A stretch of 64,000 nucleotides of DNA, from the NCBI GenBank assembly GCA_027339055.1, contig DAHWRK010000001.1, forward strand, positions 6,289 to 70,288. The letters are read 5' to 3'. The notes beneath the pieces were generated by a model. That model did no database searches and had not been told where the DNA came from. It was given only the letters and a program-made list of their open reading frames with translations. Origin of the DNA: Candidatus Micrarchaeota archaeon (GTDB lineage: Archaea > Micrarchaeota > Micrarchaeia > Micrarchaeales > Micrarchaeaceae). Below are positions 57,003-64,000 of this stretch, one piece after another; position 1 is the stretch's first letter; each line of letters opens with the position of its first letter. The position numbers and the translations under genes are program-made.

Positions 57003-57416
57003 ATGGCGACCGTTGAATTGAAAACAAGCTTTGAGCCAGAGGAACTCAAGGCTTTTATGAAAAACGAATTCAAGATGAAAGTAGAGTTCAGGAACCTTGA
57101 CCCTGAAAAGGCTTACTGGTGCGAATCGGACATAGTAGCAAAGGCGCCGCTTTCGCTGGCGCATGACATGCCGCTTGAGAATGGAAGAATAAGGATAGGG
57201 CTCCTCAAGCCTAATTCTACAATAAACAAGGTGGTAAACCTTTATACCCTCCCAAACAATTTCCCGGACAGCTACAGCATAAACTTCGTGGTTTACCTGT
57301 ATGACGAGGAAGGAACCATAAGCAGCAGGATAGAGGAGACAAGCAGCATCGAATGCAGGCAGAACAAGGCAGGAGCCAGCGCAGGAGTCCACAATACGGC
57401 AGGTATGGAATCCTGA
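57003..57416 (+). CDS. hypothetical protein
   Basis: SD GGTG-N5-ATG at 57003. No motif recognised. Confidence 0.65.
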   Translation: MATVELKTSFEPEELKAFMKNEFKMKVEFRNLDPEKAYWCESDIVAKAPLSLAHDMPLENGRIRIGLLKPNSTINKVVNLYTLPNNFPDSYSINFVVYLYDEEGTISSRIEETSSIECRQNKAGASAGVHNTAGMES

Positions 57417-57689
57417 TTACCGTATTTCAAAAGTATTGCAGCTATCTGTTTCTTCTTCCGCATGCGAGTAGATTTTGTGAACCTGAGGGCCGTGCTTTGT
57501 ATCTACGTTTATCGATTTCAGGAACTCTTCTATCATTGGTTTTGTACCCATTGCAAGTATCTCCACGCTGCCGTCTGGCATATTTTCGGCATATCCCGTT
57601 ATCCCAAGCTGTTTGGCTATTCCCATTACCAGTGCCCTGTAGCCTACCCCTTGTACTGTGCCATGGACGGTTATTTTTACAGCAGGCAT
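57417..57689 (-). CDS. acyP: acylphosphatase
   Basis: VHGTVQGVGYR and GYAENMPDGSVE motifs. Confidence 0.94.
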   Translation of the reverse strand: MPAVKITVHGTVQGVGYRALVMGIAKQLGITGYAENMPDGSVEILAMGTKPMIEEFLKSINVDTKHGPQVHKIYSHAEEETDSCNTFEIR

Positions 57690-57745
57690 GCGATCAGTAT
57701 TGATATCTGCGAATGATATTTAAAATGTTAATTGCAAACCTTATC

Positions 57746-59326
57746 ATGCGAAAAGGCTTGACGGCTCAAAGCGCGATTGAGTTTATAACTACTTATAGCA
57801 CAGTACTGCTCATAATAACAGTTGCGATAGCAGTACTTTTTCTTTTTATATCGCTACCTGCATCCATACTTCCTACAGAATGTAATTTTTACAATAGCTT
57901 CGGCTGCTATGATGCGGTTTATGGGGTAAACTATACGAGCAGCAACGTGCCGACTGGGACTGCTCTGCTTGTCGTAGCAAATTTTGAAGAACCGGGAATA
58001 ATAAATACCAGCAGCTTCAGTGCATTTGTCGGAGGAGTTGAAAGCAATTCGGGCTATTGCGCACCTAAGGTAGCATTGCAGGGGCAGAAAGTGTACTGCA
58101 TAGCTTTTTTCAAAGGGCAGAGCTTGACCCCCGGAAAGCTTTATTCTGGGACCTTCAGCGTGTATGCGAACTATTGCGCCGTAGCGCCAAGCGTCATTTC
58201 TACCGCTTATTGCCCGCCGCCTAACGCAACAAGCTATTATAGGTATGGAGGCGTAGTTAGGACACAGGGAGTTCTGCAGACCATAGGGGGCATATACGCA
58301 GTTCCGATAAACATCACAATAAACAATTTTGATTTCTTTGATTGGTTCTTCCTTAGCTTTATAGAGCCAGGGTACCAGGTTCCAATAAGCTTCAATCCAA
58401 AAAATACGTCGTATGTGCTCCATGAATCGCCAGATCTTGGAAATATCAGGTTTTATTACGGCAATCAGGAGCTTTATGACTGGTGCCAGAACTGCAACGA
58501 CAGCATGACTGGCAATGCCATATTCTGGGTAAATATGCCGCAAAACACTTTCGGCATATTTTGCTTCTTCGGTGCGTGCCCGAGCGAGACACAGATACTC
58601 ATGTATTTTACCCCAATAAGCACAACATTCTCCGGAGTCCATTCCGGCCTCGCGCCGATGCTAACAACGCCTTATGGAAAATACGACAACGGGCAGCTTG
58701 TCTTCAATTACTATAGCAACTTTTTGGGAACTTCAATCCCAAGCTCTTGGGTTGATATGCTCGGAGACAATTATAGCATAAACAACGGGCTTTATTTCAA
58801 TGGCAAAGGGGTTGCGCTTCTTGAAAAGCTTAACGATTATCCCATTGACATTTACAATATAACCGAAGCGAGCATAACGATGCAAACGCCCGGGGCTGGA
58901 GGGTTGGTATTTGGAGTAAATGGAAGCGCCGAGGAGAATTATAACAATTGCAATGGCCCATATAACAATACCTGGATAAACGTAGGTTTAAGCGCGAACG
59001 ATCTGTGCTATGGGGAAACATTCAGCGTCATAGGGGGCGATTCGCTTGCAGTTGACGCAGGCACGGCTACAACAGTAGATACTTCGGTTCCATCTTCGGG
59101 TACGTACACCATAGGCCTCGCAAACGGGTTTTTCAATGCGTATTATTTCTATAATGATACCTTACAGGAAAAGGAGAGCTTGCCCTTTGTGCTGTTTGGG
59201 TATTTTGGAATTGAGAGCGATAGCGCAAATTTCAAGGTCAATTGGGTAAGGTCGATAGCGATGCTCCCGGGTGGCGAGCAGCCTCAGATAACTTTCGGAC
59301 CTATCATAAAGGAATCCGGAACATAG
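57746..59326 (+). CDS. class III signal peptide (pilin-like) surface protein with a DUF2341-like region
   Basis: MRKGLTAQSAIEFITTY prepilin-like N-terminus and DLGNIRFY...FWVNMP...YDNGQLVF. Confidence 0.78.
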   Translation: MRKGLTAQSAIEFITTYSTVLLIITVAIAVLFLFISLPASILPTECNFYNSFGCYDAVYGVNYTSSNVPTGTALLVVANFEEPGIINTSSFSAFVGGVESNSGYCAPKVALQGQKVYCIAFFKGQSLTPGKLYSGTFSVYANYCAVAPSVISTAYCPPPNATSYYRYGGVVRTQGVLQTIGGIYAVPINITINNFDFFDWFFLSFIEPGYQVPISFNPKNTSYVLHESPDLGNIRFYYGNQELYDWCQNCNDSMTGNAIFWVNMPQNTFGIFCFFGACPSETQILMYFTPISTTFSGVHSGLAPMLTTPYGKYDNGQLVFNYYSNFLGTSIPSSWVDMLGDNYSINNGLYFNGKGVALLEKLNDYPIDIYNITEASITMQTPGAGGLVFGVNGSAEENYNNCNGPYNNTWINVGLSANDLCYGETFSVIGGDSLAVDAGTATTVDTSVPSSGTYTIGLANGFFNAYYFYNDTLQEKESLPFVLFGYFGIESDSANFKVNWVRSIAMLPGGEQPQITFGPIIKESGT

Positions 59327-60064
59327 CTATTCTATCCTTGAAGCGATGTCCTTGGCCGCTATCTCTATGGGGTTTATTATGTGCTCTACGCCTATGCCCT
59401 TTAGATGCTTTTCCATGTCGGGGTTGTCCGCAACCACCGACACCGGCCTTGATGATGCGATGTTCTTGGCTATTATCGCAGCATAGAGAGACCTTGCGCT
59501 GTCGCTGGTGTCTATAACTATGTACTTGGCCTTCTTCAGCTCGAACTGCTCCATGTCCTCGGCCAAGGTCTCGTCGGCGACATACGCCCTGTAGCCCAAC
59601 GATTTTATTCTGTCGAAGGTAACCTTGTCCGATACTATTATTATGAATTTCGTGCCTTTTTGCTTAAGCATTTTGGCTATGTATATGTTCGTCGGACCGT
59701 ACCCTATAAGCACTATGTGCTTGCCGAGGCCCCTCCTTTCCATCCTTGATATCCTGCCGCTAAGGCTTTCTATTCTTGAATTCACAAAACCACTCGATAT
59801 TATTGTAACCGCGCTCAGGAACACGCTGAGCCCGACAAGTATTAGTATTATTACAAAGGCACGTGCTATTGGAGTTACTGGCACGATATCGCCATAGCCC
59901 ACGGTTCCCAATGTGACAACAACGAAGTAAAGCGCGGTAAGCGGGGTGTCTATCTTCACGTTGAAGTTCCCCGCCCTGCCAAGATAATAGGTTATTGTAG
60001 TGCCGATGATAACCACCAGTAGGGCTATCACAGCGTAGGCTATAACTTGGGAAGCAATCTTCAT
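59327..60064 (-). CDS. two-TM potassium channel with an RCK/TrkA-N domain
   Basis: TLGTVGYGDIVP selectivity filter and HIVLIGYG. Confidence 0.92.
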   Translation of the reverse strand: MKIASQVIAYAVIALLVVIIGTTITYYLGRAGNFNVKIDTPLTALYFVVVTLGTVGYGDIVPVTPIARAFVIILILVGLSVFLSAVTIISSGFVNSRIESLSGRISRMERRGLGKHIVLIGYGPTNIYIAKMLKQKGTKFIIIVSDKVTFDRIKSLGYRAYVADETLAEDMEQFELKKAKYIVIDTSDSARSLYAAIIAKNIASSRPVSVVADNPDMEKHLKGIGVEHIINPIEIAAKDIASRIE

Positions 60065-60129
60065 TTATTCACAATAGAGTATCCAATTAGAAATTTAAAT
60101 ATAGATATGCAATAGATTATCGTCTTACC

Positions 60130-61437
60130 ATGGTTAGGCTTGCGCTTTTGACTGCGGCTATTGCCTTGATAATTATCGTAGCAATAGCGCTGCTGTTGTT
60201 GGCAGCACCAAAACCCGCAAAAACAGCTTCGGAGCCGGTAATACCGATATTCCTGTATGGTAAAGGTTTGCCTTATACTCTTTACAATCTTTCTTCCAAC
60301 CTGGGCGTGGTCGTTAAGCACGGAAACGTTTCTTCGGACTTCAATTACAGCAGTTTTAAGCCTTTTTCCTTATACGGTTCGCTAATGTACGCTGCGAGCC
60401 TGAACAGTAGCTTGGATAATGCCTCGATTGACTTATTGGTGAAAAAACCCCAATTTTATTTTGAGGGAGAAAATAACAGCTTTGGAAACGGCACAATGGC
60501 CCTGCCTTTGACATTGGACAATTTTAATTCGGCAAATGCAATCGTAATAGGGCTGCGCATGTTCCCTCTGGCTTATTATTCCGCCTATCCGGAAATCGCA
60601 TTGCGCGGCGGCCTTTATCCAGTTTATTATACCGGCAATCCGAGCAGAATAAGCCAATTTATACATAACGAGAGCAGGCCGGGCATTTTGCAGTATAATA
60701 TAAGCAGCAGGGTGCCTGTTTCGTTCGATATTGCAAATACTAGCTCGGGATATGCATTGGAAGTGAACGTCACGAACAACTTGAATAGGACGCTTAACCT
60801 TACAGAGATAGAAGTTGCGGGATATTTCCTCGGATCCGAATCTGGCAATTTCGTTTTACCTGAGGTGAATGTTGTCAGCAACGGAGATGCTTATACGCTG
60901 GCGGCAATGGGCTCATTAGGGATAGATATGAACCTTAGCAGCACCCAGTCGTATCTGCAGACGAACTCAAGCGCGATAGGCAAATTCATAGCCGAAGCAA
61001 ATTCCAAGGAGATAAGCAATTCGAAACAGTTTTACTTGGACTTAAACTCTACGCTGAATGTTTCCAGGCTGAATTACCTCGAAAGCCTTATGCTCGAGAA
61101 CCAGAGCTACTACATAGCAATGCACGAGCTAGACAATTTCGACCCTCTAAACGGCACCGTGGTAGAATATGCCGGACGGCTCAGCGCGTGGGAAAACGCG
61201 TACCATGGAATGCTTGATTTTAACGTCTCGGGCAGCGGTACTTTAAATTTGCCAAGGGGCCCTGGCGCGCTGAATGGAAACGGCTTGACAATAAAACCGG
61301 GAAGAAGCGCAACCCTCACATACAATATAGGCAGCCTGAGTTACATGGGGCAGAGAGCTTCTCCTATTGAAGGCATGAACTACACCGTCTTTGCGTATTT
61401 CGACGGAGTCGTTTATTCTGACAATACGCATAATTGA
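60130..61437 (+). CDS. membrane-anchored extracellular protein
   Basis: N-terminal hydrophobic helix, Asn/Ser-rich sequence with many sequons. Confidence 0.75.
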   Translation: MVRLALLTAAIALIIIVAIALLLLAAPKPAKTASEPVIPIFLYGKGLPYTLYNLSSNLGVVVKHGNVSSDFNYSSFKPFSLYGSLMYAASLNSSLDNASIDLLVKKPQFYFEGENNSFGNGTMALPLTLDNFNSANAIVIGLRMFPLAYYSAYPEIALRGGLYPVYYTGNPSRISQFIHNESRPGILQYNISSRVPVSFDIANTSSGYALEVNVTNNLNRTLNLTEIEVAGYFLGSESGNFVLPEVNVVSNGDAYTLAAMGSLGIDMNLSSTQSYLQTNSSAIGKFIAEANSKEISNSKQFYLDLNSTLNVSRLNYLESLMLENQSYYIAMHELDNFDPLNGTVVEYAGRLSAWENAYHGMLDFNVSGSGTLNLPRGPGALNGNGLTIKPGRSATLTYNIGSLSYMGQRASPIEGMNYTVFAYFDGVVYSDNTHN

Positions 61438-61440
61438 AAT

Positions 61441-62235
61441 TTATAGCCTCAGGATTTTGCGCGCATTTTTTTCCAGCTTAAGAAGCCTGTCGTATTTTCT
61501 TACCTGCTTTAGAGCATATGATGACGCAGACCTTATGTCGGCATAGGCGCTGTTTTCCTTGAGCCATTTTATTGCTTCGGCATCGTGTAGATGATATATT
61601 GCGGTTTTTTGCGATATGAATTCCTGCTCCTCGAGTATGCGCATGAGCGTTTCGTGATCTGGCTCTGATGACAAGGCCGCCAGAACAATCATCAGGTTTT
61701 TGTTGCTATCATGGCCGAATAGCATATCGTTGATAAGTTCCGATCCTGCCTTCGATTTTGAGTCGAAGACATTGTTCATTATCCCGAAAGCCACAGCATA
61801 GACGTCCTTTTGGTCTTCAATAAATTTTTTGAGATATTCGATGTCGTTTATGCTTATTGCGAGCAGTTCTATGATGTCGAGCGATGAGCCATATCTTTTT
61901 ATGACCTCGTCATATGCCTCTGTGCTGCCTATTGAAATTAGGTTTATGGCATTTTGGAATTCGTAGTAGTCAGAACAGCCAGGGCGTGGCATCCTCAGCA
62001 AATTCTTGTCCGACATGTAGTGGTAGTCCAGCCTTGAATATACTTCGTTTATAAACGGGTGCTCCGAATGCCTGCCCTTTTCGTATAGGGGATACGACTT
62101 ATATCCGTACTGCAGCTTTGACATGCCCATTTTGGTCAAGCCGGATTTTATCAGCTCGCTCACATACCATTTGTCGGTGGTCTCGATATCCCCATAGTAA
62201 GCCTTGGCGGCTTTAGGAGCTAGCAGCATCATCAA
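61441..62235 (-). CDS. hypothetical helical protein
   Basis: 264-aa ORF. Start uncertain. Confidence 0.65.
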   Translation of the reverse strand: MMMLLAPKAAKAYYGDIETTDKWYVSELIKSGLTKMGMSKLQYGYKSYPLYEKGRHSEHPFINEVYSRLDYHYMSDKNLLRMPRPGCSDYYEFQNAINLISIGSTEAYDEVIKRYGSSLDIIELLAISINDIEYLKKFIEDQKDVYAVAFGIMNNVFDSKSKAGSELINDMLFGHDSNKNLMIVLAALSSEPDHETLMRILEEQEFISQKTAIYHLHDAEAIKWLKENSAYADIRSASSYALKQVRKYDRLLKLEKNARKILRL

Positions 62236-62336
62236 TACCTTTTGCTTTATCTTCCTTTTATTTTTTGCGTTTTGGGGCCAACACGGCCGTTGTACGAAAG
62301 TGATAAATTATTAACAGATTAAAGGCTAGTGATTTG

Positions 62337-62864
62337 ATGGACGCGAACAGAAATTTTGCAGGGCATGGCAGCAGCAATTCCATATCCAACAAAGAAGACA
62401 GGGAAGTGGCCCTTAGGCACATAGACAGCTTCATAAAATTCAAGGAGGACAGGAGGATAAAGTACAATAGAATAGCAAAGGATACGCCATCCAACAGCAT
62501 AAGATTGAATTTAGAATACATAATGTCAAGGGAAAACGAGTGCCTCAAGGAAGCAAGGGAGCTGAGGAACATCATAGAGAGCGATAGGCTCGGCGAAGTA
62601 AAGCTCAGGAAAACCAAGGATTTTCAGGTATACGACCATTTTGAAAGGCAGAATCTGGATGAGGTCGATACCCTCAACATAAAAGACATACTGATGGCAG
62701 CGCTTGCAGAGGACAAAGACATGATAGACAGGCTTAAGCTCCTGGCCGTCGAGTATATAGGGACGCGAACAGAGAACGCGGCAAAGCACCTGATGAATAG
62801 CATAATAGGCGCCAAAAACGACATAACCGACAGGCTTCTGAAGCTTGAACAGTGGGACTGGTAG
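62337..62864 (+). CDS. ferritin/rubrerythrin-like four-helix protein (degenerate)
   Basis: Helical pattern with LNIKDILMAALAEDK. Metal ligands appear incomplete. Confidence 0.5.
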   Translation: MDANRNFAGHGSSNSISNKEDREVALRHIDSFIKFKEDRRIKYNRIAKDTPSNSIRLNLEYIMSRENECLKEARELRNIIESDRLGEVKLRKTKDFQVYDHFERQNLDEVDTLNIKDILMAALAEDKDMIDRLKLLAVEYIGTRTENAAKHLMNSIIGAKNDITDRLLKLEQWDW

Positions 62865-62865
62865 A

Positions 62866-63258
62866 TTGGATTGTGTTTTCTGCAGGCTGGCTCAGGATTC
62901 CGAAGACCACCTCTACGATGACGGAAATTGCTATGTGATCCTTGACATAAATCCTGTGTCCAGGGGCCATATGCTCGTAATAACTAAAAAGCACTATGAA
63001 AATATGCTGGAGGTGCCAAAAGACGAGCTTTCGTTATGCTTCGGCATTGCGCAAGATTTTGCCAGGAGTGCCGTGGAGAAATTGGGGGCGAAAGGGGTCA
63101 ACGTTGGCACAAACATAGGAGAATATGCGGGACAGGTCGTCATGCACACCCACATACACATCATACCAAAGTACTCCCCGGGATACTCGAAAAGGCACAG
63201 GCTTGGCAGCGAGGAAAAGGCCGGGCTTTTAAGCATTTTGGGAAAACATAGCGTTTAA
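62866..63258 (+). CDS. HIT family protein
   Basis: DCVFC, GHMLV and HTHIH motifs. Confidence 0.93.
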   Translation: MDCVFCRLAQDSEDHLYDDGNCYVILDINPVSRGHMLVITKKHYENMLEVPKDELSLCFGIAQDFARSAVEKLGAKGVNVGTNIGEYAGQVVMHTHIHIIPKYSPGYSKRHRLGSEEKAGLLSILGKHSV

Positions 63259-63321
63259 ATCGCTTCCGCACTGACTGCTACAAATAAATAGGACCGATGC
63301 CAATTAGTAATGGGGGTATGA

Positions 63322-63501
63322 ATGGCAAAGAAAACATTTGCATGCAAAGACATCGGAATGCAGTGCGGATTCACTGCGGAAGCCGCTGGCGAACAGGAGC
63401 TTATGCAGAAAATAGCTAAGCACGCCAAGGAAGCGCACAGCATGGAAAAAATAGACGACGCAACTATGAAGAAGGTAAAGGCAGCAATAAAAAGCGCTTG
63501 A
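63322..63501 (+). CDS. DUF1059 family small metal-binding protein
   Basis: Hand-translated MAKKTFACKDIGMQCGFTAEAAGEQELMQKIAKHAKEAH... Confidence 0.85.
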   Translation: MAKKTFACKDIGMQCGFTAEAAGEQELMQKIAKHAKEAHSMEKIDDATMKKVKAAIKSA

Positions 63502-63648
63502 ACTACGGTATTTTAAGCTGTTAACTGTTTATTTTTTATTTTATCTTTTTGCATATTCTTTTTTTTGTATGTTCGGGAACGTATTTTTCCGAACGTATTA
63601 AATAGCTGAAACAGGGCATATCTGAGCGTTTAGTACATAGGTGTTTTG

Positions 63649-64000
63649 TTGGCAAACATGCCAGAGCAATTGCAGAAGAGGATGGAAAAGCAGGGCTACC
63701 ACTTCGTGGGCCAGCATTCGGCAGTCAAGATATGCGAGTATACTGCGAACGGGCTCAGGGGCGAGACCTTATGCTACAAATATACTTTTTACGGGATAAG
63801 GAGCTGGCAGTGCATACAGGGCACTCCGGCCATAGGTTGCGATATTGGATGCAGATTCTGCTGGAGATTGATACCGGAAGAGGAAGGCTTCAAATGGAAC
63901 GAGCTCAACGCGCTGAGCCAGTGGGATGATCCGGAGGGAATAGTCGAAGGAATGATAAGGGAGCAGAGGCGCATAGTAAGCGGCTACAAGTCGATTGCAG
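63649..64000 (+). CDS. taw1: 4-demethylwyosine synthase Taw1/TYW1 radical SAM enzyme (truncated by the window edge)
   Basis: QGYHFVGQHSAVKIC, CYKYTFYGIRSWQC and CDIGCRFCWR motifs. SD GGTG-N5-TTG. Confidence 0.92.
   Translation, partial: MANMPEQLQKRMEKQGYHFVGQHSAVKICEYTANGLRGETLCYKYTFYGIRSWQCIQGTPAIGCDIGCRFCWRLIPEEEGFKWNELNALSQWDDPEGIVEGMIREQRRIVSGYKSIA

Noticed and set aside
62236-62290. Possible frameshift in an A-run extending the 264-aa orphan upstream
   Set aside because: No homology evidence is available, and an AGGT SD before TTG-ATG-ATG gives an adequate start.
2796-63974. Numerous 60-300 aa ORFs overlapping recognised genes in antisense or alternative frames
   Set aside because: They are shadows of well-supported genes and lack SDs or recognisable motifs.
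1-64000. Transposases, integrases, proviral genes and rRNA
   Set aside because: No ORF shows DDE, tyrosine/serine recombinase or capsid motifs, and I saw no rRNA-like sequence.

Overview
This window is a gene-dense archaeal chromosome segment. Gene content, GGTG-type ribosome-binding sites and tRNA introns at non-canonical positions suggest a DPANN archaeon, probably Micrarchaeota/ARMAN-like; the taxon is an inference. The left end is an AT-rich accessory region with a truncated orphan ORF and a non-canonical mercury-resistance cluster (HxlR regulator, Cys-pair membrane protein, exported thioredoxin-fold protein, merA). The rest is mostly housekeeping: alaS, hisS, pelota, aIF2beta, aIF1A, cdc6, the RNase P/proteasome/exosome superoperon, secY, srp54, SRP RNA, nuoH-N and lipid genes, plus several surface proteins. 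Elements missed by the ORF track include three tRNAs (two with BHB introns in the D- and T-loops), SRP RNA, a C/D box sRNA predicted to guide tRNA-Leu(CAA) Cm34, rpl41e, rpoP, a 30-aa Lys-rich peptide and a single-repeat TBP. The most striking observations are three genes that appear to start at ACG at the exact SD spacing used by canonical starts, the single-repeat TBP, a polytopic membrane-fused double-AAA ATPase, and a duplicated membrane-Cys/exported-thioredoxin module.
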